Source: Lacisediminimonas sp. (lineage in GTDB: Bacteria; Pseudomonadota; Gammaproteobacteria; Burkholderiales; Burkholderiaceae_D). From it: a DNA stretch of 64,000 bases. The position numbers were made by a program, and so were the translations under genes. Positions within the stretch are counted from its first letter, which is position 1. Each line of letters opens with the position of its first letter. The DNA lies in contig NZ_JAUSNH010000042.1 in NCBI RefSeq assembly GCF_030645335.1, positions 25,199 to 89,198 on the forward strand, read 5' to 3'. This document shows positions 51,217-60,390 of the stretch, in pieces. Under the pieces are notes generated by a model. That model was not told where the DNA came from. It did no database searches and saw only the letters and a list, made by a program, of their open reading frames with translations.

Positions 51217-52219
51217 GGCGTTCTTTCTTGATGTAGTCGAGTTGAAGAATCAGTTTTTTCACGTCGTCGACCGTCAGTCGAACGGTATTGTGGGAGGTGT
51301 AGTCGTCAAAGCGGGAGATGGTCTCTTCCCCTTCACTGAAATACTTCGCATAGTTCAAATCGCGATTATCTGCGGGTATCCGATAATAGCCGCCCATGTC
51401 TTCGGCATGGGCCATCTCTTCGCGCGAGATCAGCGATTCATACAGCTTCTCGCCATGCCGTGTACCGATCACGCGGACCGGTGCACTGCTGTTAAAAATT
51501 TGCTTGAGCGCCTGCGCCAGATCGCCGACCGTGGACGCCGGTGCCTTTTGCACGAAGATATCGCCTTGCCGCCCGTGCGTGAACGCGTACAGAACCAAGT
51601 CCACCGAATCCTCGAGCGACATCAGGAAGCGGGTCATGTTCGGGTCGGTTACCGTAACCGGATTTCCCGACTTGATCTGCTCGACGAATAGCGGAATGAC
51701 TGAGCCGCGCGAAGCCATGACGTTGCCGTAGCGAGTAGCGCAGAAGACCGTTTCACCCGGCAGTTGCAGTCGGGCTTTGGCAACCATCAGCTTTTCAGCC
51801 ATGGCCTTGGAGATCCCCATCGCATTGATCGGATACACCGCTTTGTCAGTGCTGAGGACCACAACCCGCGCAACGCCACACGCGGTGGCGGCATTGAGCA
51901 CGTTTTCCGTGCCCATTACATTGGTTCGCACCGCTTCCATCGGATAGAACTCGCAGGACGGCACCTGCTTGAGGGCGGCAGCGTGGAAAACGTAATCCAC
52001 CCCCTTCATCGCCTGCGCGACGCTTGCATAGTCACGCACATCGCCGATGTAGAAGCGCAATTTTGGATTGTTCAGCGCAATCCGCATGTCCTCCTGTTTC
52101 TTCTCGTCGCGGCTGAAAATTCGAATTTCACGCACTTCCGTGTCCAAAAATCGCGTCAGCACGGTATTGCCAAAGGAGCCGGTGCCCCCGGTGATCAGTA
52201 AAGTTTTGTCTGCAAACAT
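51209..52219 (-). CDS. fnlA: UDP-GlcNAc 4,6-dehydratase/5-epimerase (FnlA/CapE/WbjB type)
   Basis: ITGGTGSFG, FSRDEKKQ, AALKQVPSCEF, YPINAMGISKA, RYGNVMASRGS. Confidence 0.88.
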   Translation of the reverse strand: MFADKTLLITGGTGSFGNTVLTRFLDTEVREIRIFSRDEKKQEDMRIALNNPKLRFYIGDVRDYASVAQAMKGVDYVFHAAALKQVPSCEFYPMEAVRTNVMGTENVLNAATACGVARVVVLSTDKAVYPINAMGISKAMAEKLMVAKARLQLPGETVFCATRYGNVMASRGSVIPLFVEQIKSGNPVTVTDPNMTRFLMSLEDSVDLVLYAFTHGRQGDIFVQKAPASTVGDLAQALKQIFNSSAPVRVIGTRHGEKLYESLISREEMAHAEDMGGYYRIPADNRDLNYAKYFSEGEETISRFDDYTSHNTVRLTVDDVKKLILQLDYIKKERRA

Positions 52220-52233
52220 TATTTGGTTATCCT

Positions 52234-53088
52234 TCATCCGAAGTCGCGCATGCGTTTGACCAAGTCCGGCCACGGTGGCGCGACATATCCGGTCGCTGCA
52301 TTGAAACGGCTTGCATCGAGAGAGCGGTCAATCACAAGCCGGTCGTCCGGTTCAATCGGTATCGCGTGCCCATACTCACTTCCGGCCAGCTTGAGCAAGT
52401 CATATTTCGTGATCGGTTCGGCGGCGACATGGTAGAGGCCGGTTAAGTCGCGTGCAGGAAGCACGAAATCTTTAATAACAGTAGCAAGTTCGCAAGTCGA
52501 CAATCCAGAGAAAACCGCCCGTGTATAGCCTTTTATCGGGCCTTTCTGACTCAGGAACCAGCCTATCAAGCCGTGGGTGCTATTCAGTTCATGACCGATG
52601 ATAGACGTGCGTAGCGTCACGCAATGCGGATAGTGTACTTCTCCGAGAAATTTTGAGCGACCGTAGACATCTTGCGCATCAGACTCGTCCGACTCGCGGT
52701 AGCCGCCCTTTCTCCCCGAGAATACGCAGTCGGTGCTGATGTGGATGAAGCGGGCGCCAGCCAGTGCGCTTAGCCGTGCCAGGCGGTGCGGTAGCATCGC
52801 GTTGATCGGAAGGGCTACCAGGGGGTCCTCGGCCTCGGAAAATTGTTTGACCAGTCCGATGCAGTTGATGACGACCTGCGGGCGCACTTCCAGAAAAGCC
52901 CGTGTGAGGGCATCCGCATTTTCGACGTCGAGTCCGGTGATGATGCGTTTGGCAATGGCTGCGTCGAAGTACTTCTTCATGCTGGCAGAACGAACGCTTC
53001 CATACACCTCCAACTCATCGCTCACGGAGAGCCGCCGCATCATTGCGTTGCCGAGCATTCCGGATGCGCCGAGGATAAGTATTCTCAT
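52234..53088 (-). CDS. RmlD-like nucleotide-sugar 4-reductase (QnlA/WbvR-like)
   Basis: LGASGMLG, NCIGLVKQ, HISTDCVFSG, YGRSK, RTSIIG; 284 aa with no cupin tail. Confidence 0.8.
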   Translation of the reverse strand: MRILILGASGMLGNAMMRRLSVSDELEVYGSVRSASMKKYFDAAIAKRIITGLDVENADALTRAFLEVRPQVVINCIGLVKQFSEAEDPLVALPINAMLPHRLARLSALAGARFIHISTDCVFSGRKGGYRESDESDAQDVYGRSKFLGEVHYPHCVTLRTSIIGHELNSTHGLIGWFLSQKGPIKGYTRAVFSGLSTCELATVIKDFVLPARDLTGLYHVAAEPITKYDLLKLAGSEYGHAIPIEPDDRLVIDRSLDASRFNAATGYVAPPWPDLVKRMRDFG

Positions 53089-54329
53089 CAGTATTCGCCT
53101 TTGACGTCCGCGACAGCTTGGTCAAAATGTTCAATTAATTGGTCGACCAGCTTCGCCGGGGAAAAATGGGAAAGAAAATACTCCCGGCCTCGCTCACCGA
53201 AACCGCGCAGTTCGTCCGCGCTCTTGGCGTTAAGCAGCACTATGGACTCAGCCAACATTCTGGCGTTACCTGCGGGACACGAAATCCCGGCGCCCGCATC
53301 GACCACCACGCGGGCACCTTCACCATCGATTGCCGCAATAATAGGCCGACCGGCGGCCAGGTACGCCTGTATTTTGCTTGGAATGGTATATCCGAAAATG
53401 GGCTCGGCCCGGAGGGTTACCAGCAGAGCAGAAGCTGCACCGAGCACAACCGGCATGTCGGTGGCCGGAAATCGTCCAGCCACCACGACATTCTCTAAGC
53501 CCCTCCGGTCGATCTCGGCCGCGAGCCAATGGTCGCGGCTGCCACTTCCGACCAGCCAGAGCCGAATATTGCCATACCCGCGCAGAAATTCGGCCGCGTC
53601 CAGTACGGTTTCCAGCGATTGCGCCGTTCCAAGGTTACCTGCAAATACCACGGAGAAGCTTCTTCTCAGTTCGGCGGCCAGGGCCAACGCGCGCTCCGTC
53701 GGCTTGTTCAAATTGGTTGGCTCTACGAATAAGTTCGGGTAGTAGTGAATTTTCTCGGTGCGGTCGGTGAGTGCCGCTACGGGTCCTCGAAAGGCTTCGG
53801 ACTGTATGAGTACCCGGCTACTTGAGCGATAGATGAATCGGACCACGATGGAGACAGCGTGCAGGATCCATTTCGCCTGGACGTGACCGGTCGCGGACAG
53901 GCTTTCGGGCCACAGGTCCTGGACCCAGACAATCAGGGGGGTGCGCTTGAGCCGCTTCATCAAGATCGCAGGGAGTGCCTGCAGTAGTGGTGACGGGGCA
54001 TAGACGAACACCAGATCGAAGTCGCGGCCACGCATAGCCAGGGGTCCGAGCAGCGCGCCGGAGACGACGAACGACAGATAGTTGAGGGCCAGGCCCAGGC
54101 GTGAATCACGGCCACGCGGAACGATTGGCAGCCGGACCACTTCGGCTTTGCCGAACATCTCCCGTTGAATACGTAGTGAGCGATATCCGTCTGCAATGCG
54201 GCCTTCCGGGTAATTCGGCTTGCCAGTCAGGACCACCACTTCTATGCCGCGGTCTCCCAACTCGCGCACAAGGTCGTTGATGAGGAAATTCTCGGGCCAG
54301 AAATATTGAGTTATAACGAGTAGCTTCAT
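53088..54329 (-). CDS. GT4 glycosyltransferase (WbuB-like)
   Basis: TQYFWPE, PNYPEG, WVQDLWPES, FAGNLG..Q, PSKIQAYLAAG. Confidence 0.9.
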   Translation of the reverse strand: MKLLVITQYFWPENFLINDLVRELGDRGIEVVVLTGKPNYPEGRIADGYRSLRIQREMFGKAEVVRLPIVPRGRDSRLGLALNYLSFVVSGALLGPLAMRGRDFDLVFVYAPSPLLQALPAILMKRLKRTPLIVWVQDLWPESLSATGHVQAKWILHAVSIVVRFIYRSSSRVLIQSEAFRGPVAALTDRTEKIHYYPNLFVEPTNLNKPTERALALAAELRRSFSVVFAGNLGTAQSLETVLDAAEFLRGYGNIRLWLVGSGSRDHWLAAEIDRRGLENVVVAGRFPATDMPVVLGAASALLVTLRAEPIFGYTIPSKIQAYLAAGRPIIAAIDGEGARVVVDAGAGISCPAGNARMLAESIVLLNAKSADELRGFGERGREYFLSHFSPAKLVDQLIEHFDQAVADVKGEY

Positions 54330-56785
54330 GGATTAGTGCGAGACTTTGGCGTTGCCTCGTATTTAAGCCGCGCCAACAGCAGTCCGAGGATAAAGAAAGC
54401 GATGATTCCAGGGTAAGGCTGCCGCATGCCGACATTGAACATGCTTTCAATCATGACCAGGTAGCCGGCCGCCGCCGCGGTGCCGAACAGGGCAGGGTTC
54501 GAGCACAGCGCACGGCGCCGCTTCCAGGCCAGACCTGCGGTCATGACCAGCAATGCGATCAAGGGCAGGATTGCCATCACCCCGAAGCTGTACATCGCAT
54601 CGAGCCAGTAGTTATGCGCGCTGGGATGCAGGCTCCGGTCTGGCAGTGTCTGATGGCCGAGCAGGAAGGCACTTGGAGATGCAATTATCTCGTCCGCGAA
54701 GAAGCGCCATTGATCGTTTCTGGCCTGTGTGGTGGCAGCCGAGATCGACCACGTCGTGGCGGCCTGTCCATGCAGTGCAGGCGGCTGGATCAGCGCTTGC
54801 GCCCCCTGGTCGGCCAATTTGTGCGCATCGCGCAGGACCGAATAAGCGGTGCCTGATAGCAGGGCGACCAAAACAATAGCGGCTAACTGCCAGCGATACC
54901 GGCTACCCCGCCAATGGAAAATCATGACGCCCGTCAATCCAGTTACCGCTGCGGCCAGTGCGTTGACTGATCCCGAGGCAACAAGCTGGACCAGCGCAAT
55001 CGGGATCAGGCAAGCGATGCCGATACGGGTCCATCCCGACCGGCCCCAAAGTGCAAAGCTGATCATGATGAGCAAGGTGGCAACGATCGTCGGAAAGTAC
55101 AGGCGGTGCTGATAAATGCTGAAGAAGAAAACCAGCGGTGCTGCGTCCAGTTGGCCGGCGAACCAGCCGGCCAGCAGCTGCGCCGGAAGAATCAGCAGCA
55201 ATATCCACAGCGAGGCACGTTCAAAAATGGGTCCGCGCGCAACTGCCCCGTACATCTCGCCCAATACCAGGCCAAATATCGGGAACAGGAACTGCGCCAA
55301 CAGCACCAGCTTGCCGCCTTCGTCTACCGCGTTGCCCGCCGCCAAGCCAAGCACGCTCGCCACGAACAGCAGCATGGTGAAAAATATCGTGGTCAAGCTC
55401 CGCTTCGCCGCAGCATAGTTGCCAAGCATGGCGATGCCAGCGAATAGTGCCAGGAACGATATTGGTATCGGCAAACGGAGAATTTGGGCATTCGCATCGA
55501 AGTACATGTCCGGACTGCGGAACAGGTTTCCGTCGAGCTGGAAGAAGATGGGACACACCAGTAGCAATCCAATCGCAAACAGGAAGCGGCGGAGAATGGG
55601 CTCGCCAATATATTTACTGGCTGTAGCACCCCACAGACAAACCAGGTTCAGGATTGCGCTCAACAGGTAAAGGCCGGCCATCGAGTGCATGCCAATCGCG
55701 AAATAGATCAAGGGGATCGAGATCACGGTCAGGATATTGGACAGGAGATCGGGACCGAAGACCTCTTCCTGGTCACTGTGGATCAGGCGTGCCCGCAATA
55801 ATGTTGCAACCGTCATGATTGCGCCGCCGGCGATCGAGAGCGCGGTCGCCATCCAGAAAGTCGAAGAATGACCAAGCTGGATCAGCCAGGCCGGCTGCGT
55901 AATCGCCAGCATGATGGTGACGCCAGCGACCAGGAGCATGGCGACTGGAAACGCCGCCAGCCACCATGAGCGCATTACCGCCGGGCCGAAACGCCGTAAC
56001 AGGGTTGGCGCCAGGGCCTGGCCGAAGATGGTCGGGATAATTCCACCAATCGCGAAGGCGGTGAACAACTCGCCAGCGGCCACCTTGCTGACCAGAAGGG
56101 CAACTGAAATGCGAAACACATAGACCGAAATGCCGATAATTGCGGTCGACCCGACGTGAGGGAGCAGCGCGTAAATTTCGGACAGTCGGCTCGCACGCAA
56201 TGAAAGCCGTGCGCCCAATGCAGAGACCAGCGGCGTGAGCGCCCAGGCAATTGCGCTGGCAGCCAGATCCAAGCCAAACCCAATCGTAAGGACGATGCAA
56301 AGCAGAAAGCTGCTTGCTTCGAGAAACACCGTGCGCTGTGCAAAATTTTGCTGGTTCAGACGCTCGTGCTGGGAGATCCCGATTTCGCCGATCCACTCGG
56401 AGGCCCGGCGCAGGATCAGCACCAATGCCAAGGAGGCCGGGACGCCACCGATGGTAACGCTGAGCAGGTAGGCCATCCCGGCCAGTGGCAGCATCAGGGC
56501 CAGTCGCATCTGGAACAGCCTGCCGGCCGCCGTTTCACCACCGTCGGCCAGGATCAGGTTACGGGCATTGGCCGAGAAGACGTAAAAGGTGGCCAGTGCG
56601 GCGCCCTGGACCAGGCCAATGCTGACCGCAAGCTCGGGTCGCCCGGAGACGCCAATGATGATTAGCAGCGCCGTCATCGAGAACGCGTTCAGCAGCGTGG
56701 CCAACGGAAACCAGAACAGCGCCTGCCGGGATGCGATTGCTTGCACCGTGGCTTTCTCCGTACCCCGTGGTGTCAAACCCATCAT
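54326..56785 (-). CDS. Polytopic membrane protein: Wzx-like flippase fused to a Wzy_C/O-antigen-ligase-like domain
   Basis: N-terminal ~390 aa show a MOP-flippase-like pattern; the C-terminal half has R..QW...P..FLLG...SAHNYWLD...FG. Single uninterrupted ORF. Confidence 0.65.
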   Translation of the reverse strand: MMGLTPRGTEKATVQAIASRQALFWFPLATLLNAFSMTALLIIIGVSGRPELAVSIGLVQGAALATFYVFSANARNLILADGGETAAGRLFQMRLALMLPLAGMAYLLSVTIGGVPASLALVLILRRASEWIGEIGISQHERLNQQNFAQRTVFLEASSFLLCIVLTIGFGLDLAASAIAWALTPLVSALGARLSLRASRLSEIYALLPHVGSTAIIGISVYVFRISVALLVSKVAAGELFTAFAIGGIIPTIFGQALAPTLLRRFGPAVMRSWWLAAFPVAMLLVAGVTIMLAITQPAWLIQLGHSSTFWMATALSIAGGAIMTVATLLRARLIHSDQEEVFGPDLLSNILTVISIPLIYFAIGMHSMAGLYLLSAILNLVCLWGATASKYIGEPILRRFLFAIGLLLVCPIFFQLDGNLFRSPDMYFDANAQILRLPIPISFLALFAGIAMLGNYAAAKRSLTTIFFTMLLFVASVLGLAAGNAVDEGGKLVLLAQFLFPIFGLVLGEMYGAVARGPIFERASLWILLLILPAQLLAGWFAGQLDAAPLVFFFSIYQHRLYFPTIVATLLIMISFALWGRSGWTRIGIACLIPIALVQLVASGSVNALAAAVTGLTGVMIFHWRGSRYRWQLAAIVLVALLSGTAYSVLRDAHKLADQGAQALIQPPALHGQAATTWSISAATTQARNDQWRFFADEIIASPSAFLLGHQTLPDRSLHPSAHNYWLDAMYSFGVMAILPLIALLVMTAGLAWKRRRALCSNPALFGTAAAAGYLVMIESMFNVGMRQPYPGIIAFFILGLLLARLKYEATPKSRTNP

Positions 56786-58203
56786 CTGGCAATAACGGCC
56801 GGGACACTGAAGTAGCGCCGCAAAATTCGATCAGCCGCGTACAGCAGCACGATGTTCAATATCACTGTCCCGAACAGCAGATAGGATTGTGCTGGTACAT
56901 AGCCGAAGTGTGCGAAACGATAGGCAATTACCTGTGCGATAAGCGAGCATAGGATCCAATTTTGTCCAGCGAAGCGATAGGTCGCGATTTCAAGTGCCGC
57001 GCCAAGCCACCCGCACAGCATGAGTGCGGCGAAAAGAAAGGCCAGCGAGCCGGGGAAATAGAGGAAAGCGATGATCCCCGGCAAAGAGATGAAATGGAAA
57101 ACGGGCTTGTCGGCATTCGCCTTGTAGGGTGATTCGATGAATCGCCGGTCATAGATAGTCAGCACACCGACCTGGAAGCGTTCGTTCCAGGCTTCGCGCC
57201 ACAGGTCCCAGCCAAGTTCCTTGGAAGATGCGACCGCCACCACGGCTTCGATCCCGACCCAGCGGTCGATGAACAGCGGCACAGTCATACCTTGGATGAC
57301 GACTGCGGTTTTAGCGTATTGCGATACTGCAATCCCGGGACTATTGCCATACGACGTTGCGCGCAAATAGTTAACAGTCAATACAGAAACCACAAAAAGC
57401 ACCGCGAAGGCGATGGCGACTGCGCCTATCCGCAGCAAGCCTGGGCGAATTTTCATCGACGAAAGTTGTCGGATCGCGCCAAATCCCAAGCCGGCCGCGT
57501 TGAGGATCATGCCGCGACTGAGCAGCGACACATTGGAGAAAAAGGCTTCCATGAGTGCCGGCACGAATGACAACAAGGTGATGTTGCGGTTTAACTCGAT
57601 CTCGAAGCGAATGATCAGCGCCGAGAGGGAAGCCAGCCCGAACTGAAGCAGCCACTTGTACACGCCGCTCAGCCCGTAGGGAAGAACTGTTTGCGCCACC
57701 ACGCCGCGTTGGTAGACGCCCAGCCAGACATTGCTGACCGCAACCAGGATGACGAGCCCCAGGAACAGGGTGATGCAAGTACGGCGATAATTCTGGTACA
57801 GAAGGAAGAGACCTGACTGGTTACACGAGGGCGTTTGCTCCGGGTAGGCAAAGAAGCGCTCCCTGACCAGGCTCGCAATCAGCAGCGCCGCCAGGCCGCA
57901 ACTTGAAACGATCAAGGCGTGATCGTAGGCGGCGGGTGACCGGTCGAACGCCAGGGCGTCCAGGAAGGCTACCTGGCCCAAGGCCGTCCGGACCGAGAAC
58001 TTCAGCCAGAATCCCAGCCACAGGAATAGTCCGATAAAGGTATCGAAGAAAAGGGCGCGGCGGCGCAGGCCGTTGAAAAGTAGCGCATTGCCGACCAGGG
58101 TGAACAGCAGGTAGACCGGCAAGCTGCCCGAATAATTCGAGCCTGCCAAAAAGGCAAGGCCGATGATCGTTGCAATGAACAACAGGATTGCTGCTTTAAT
58201 CAT
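56782..58203 (-). CDS. Polytopic membrane protein, candidate Wzy polymerase
   Basis: Many hydrophobic segments with a large loop; lies among glycosyltransferase genes; 4-bp overlaps with both neighbours. Confidence 0.55.
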   Translation of the reverse strand: MIKAAILLFIATIIGLAFLAGSNYSGSLPVYLLFTLVGNALLFNGLRRRALFFDTFIGLFLWLGFWLKFSVRTALGQVAFLDALAFDRSPAAYDHALIVSSCGLAALLIASLVRERFFAYPEQTPSCNQSGLFLLYQNYRRTCITLFLGLVILVAVSNVWLGVYQRGVVAQTVLPYGLSGVYKWLLQFGLASLSALIIRFEIELNRNITLLSFVPALMEAFFSNVSLLSRGMILNAAGLGFGAIRQLSSMKIRPGLLRIGAVAIAFAVLFVVSVLTVNYLRATSYGNSPGIAVSQYAKTAVVIQGMTVPLFIDRWVGIEAVVAVASSKELGWDLWREAWNERFQVGVLTIYDRRFIESPYKANADKPVFHFISLPGIIAFLYFPGSLAFLFAALMLCGWLGAALEIATYRFAGQNWILCSLIAQVIAYRFAHFGYVPAQSYLLFGTVILNIVLLYAADRILRRYFSVPAVIAR

Positions 58204-59291
58204 CTGAATGGAGCCGATGTTGAGTTGGATTCTGGTCCGGGTGCCAGCGAATCGACGAAAATCCTTGCATCGACAATGCTGAGTGCCGGTTCTTCCATGC
58301 GCCTGAATCGTTTGACAGCCCTGGCAATCGAGACCGCAGACTGCGGATCGAAGCTCTCTTCAGGATCCAGGATATCCCTGACATAGTCCAGTTCGCCGGC
58401 CAGCACCGCCAGCCCTGCGTTTCGCGCCTCGATCAGCGGCAAACCGAAAGACTCCAATGTTGACGGGTAAATCAGCGCGGCAGAACAACTGTAAAGATCT
58501 GTTACCCCGGATTGGTGCAAGGCACCCTTGTTCTCGATGTGCAGCCGGTGAATGCGGATCTGCTCATCAATCCATTTACACAAGTCGGGGAACGCGGCCG
58601 CATCGACAGTCAGTGCCAGTGATGGATAGCAGTTTGCCTGCGCCAGCAGTATCCATGCGTTGATCAGGTTGCGGTGGTTCTTATGGGGCTCGCCTGAGCC
58701 CACATACACGAAGTCATGGCGCTTTTGCGTCTCGTGGACAGCAATCGTATGCGCCCGCGAGTGTCGGGAACCGCCACTGACGAAGGGCAGTATCCTGATT
58801 TCCAGTCCAGGCTTCGTTTTGATGTTCGCAAGATGGTGCGCCAAGGCCTGCTTCATGCTGGGCGTTTGCACCACATACTCGTCCACACTCGCTGCACGCA
58901 TCCTGAACCAGGTGCGCTCAAGGCTTAGCCGCAGCCGGGATTTGAAGGAAAACTGGCCCAGTGAAACCTGATCGATCAAGTAGCGGTTCTGGACAAATAC
59001 AATCACCCGCCCGGCCACCGTGAACAAGGGCGGCAGGTTGCCGAAGCAAAGAACCGTATCGCCGGACTTTGCCTGGGTGGCGAGCAAACGCTCGGCGTGC
59101 AATCGACCCAAAAGGGATGCTTTTGTCCGTATCAGCCGGGTACCCGACGGCATGGCTTCCGGTATCGGCATGCGTTCGTCCAGCAGCACGGTCGTGTCTT
59201 GCCTGAACGATAGCTTCAGGAGCGCATCGAGCAATGTCCGTCCACCACCCTGGTGGACGTTGGTCGCGTGAATAAACAGTTTTTCGTGCAC
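58200..59291 (-). CDS. GT4 glycosyltransferase
   Basis: PHKNH, YPSTLESFGLPLIEA motif. Confidence 0.88.
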   Translation of the reverse strand: MHEKLFIHATNVHQGGGRTLLDALLKLSFRQDTTVLLDERMPIPEAMPSGTRLIRTKASLLGRLHAERLLATQAKSGDTVLCFGNLPPLFTVAGRVIVFVQNRYLIDQVSLGQFSFKSRLRLSLERTWFRMRAASVDEYVVQTPSMKQALAHHLANIKTKPGLEIRILPFVSGGSRHSRAHTIAVHETQKRHDFVYVGSGEPHKNHRNLINAWILLAQANCYPSLALTVDAAAFPDLCKWIDEQIRIHRLHIENKGALHQSGVTDLYSCSAALIYPSTLESFGLPLIEARNAGLAVLAGELDYVRDILDPEESFDPQSAVSIARAVKRFRRMEEPALSIVDARIFVDSLAPGPESNSTSAPFR

Positions 59292-59334
59292 TTTATTCCC
59301 GGTACGGACCGATGGCGAGCATGGAAGACAAGTC

Positions 59335-60390
59335 CTACTTCCCGAGCGCTTGCTTCAATTGCCGCAGCGGCGCCTGGCCGCAACTGCGCAGCCCGGGCAA
59401 ATTGGCAATCTTCAGATAGGAACCCAGCAGCAAGACGGCGAAGCTCCTTTTGTCGCGCATTGCTGCGAGCAGCATGTCGAGGCTGAAAAAGTCCTTCAAC
59501 AGCGATGCCGACTGAGGAAACTGGTCCGTCAGGAACAGGTTGGCGGCGCGCATCACGGTGTCGCGGCGGACCAGCCGCTGATAGTTCTCGAGGTCGCCCG
59601 GTGTCATGGCGGCACGCACATCGTCTTGCAGGAGATAGTGGTCCATGACACGGAAAAAATCAGCCCTTCCTGTCTGGGAGCGAACTTTCGACGAGAATTG
59701 GGCAGTGCTGATCCTGTATTTCATCAGCTTCGCCGGCAACAGTCCCAGCCGGGAGTGGCGGGCGATCCGGAGCCAGATATCAAGGTCGGCTGATGAGCCG
59801 AACAAGTCACCGCGCCAGCCCTTGATGACGTTCTGGTAGACCGTGGTGCGAACCATGGCGCTGGGGCAAATCAGGAAATTCGAGTGGCGCAGCAGGGCGC
59901 TGAACAATTCCGGAAAGGTGATTCCCGCGCCGTCCTTCCGGTTCAATTCAGCGGGAAGGCTGATGGCGCCCGTTTGCCTGCCGCTGCCGTCGATCAGCAC
60001 TGCCTCGGTCAGCACGCCGCCCACCGCCGGATGGCGCTCCAGGAAGCCGACCTGCTCGGCGACCATCTGCGGCAGATAAAGGTCATCGGCATGAAAGATC
60101 GCGGTGTACTCGCCGCTGGCCAGCTCGATGCAACGGTTGAAATTGCCTTCGGCGCCGATGTTCTCGGCATTCTCGTGGAGTCGGATGCGCGGGTCGTCAA
60201 AGCGCCGGGCTACCTCCAGCGTATTGTCGGCAGAAGCGTTGTCGACCACCAGTATTTCCAGTCGCGAATAAGTTTGCGCGATGATTGACGCCAGCGTTTC
60301 GGCCAGCGTTGCCGCGGAGTTGTAGGTGGGGATGCAGATCGACACCAGGGGTGCCGACACCGGGGGCACAGGGTCGGCGTCTTTACTCAT
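59335..60390 (-). CDS. GT2 glycosyltransferase
   Basis: VSICIPTYN, VVDNASAD, HADD, DLDIWLR. Confidence 0.9.
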   Translation of the reverse strand: MSKDADPVPPVSAPLVSICIPTYNSAATLAETLASIIAQTYSRLEILVVDNASADNTLEVARRFDDPRIRLHENAENIGAEGNFNRCIELASGEYTAIFHADDLYLPQMVAEQVGFLERHPAVGGVLTEAVLIDGSGRQTGAISLPAELNRKDGAGITFPELFSALLRHSNFLICPSAMVRTTVYQNVIKGWRGDLFGSSADLDIWLRIARHSRLGLLPAKLMKYRISTAQFSSKVRSQTGRADFFRVMDHYLLQDDVRAAMTPGDLENYQRLVRRDTVMRAANLFLTDQFPQSASLLKDFFSLDMLLAAMRDKRSFAVLLLGSYLKIANLPGLRSCGQAPLRQLKQALGK

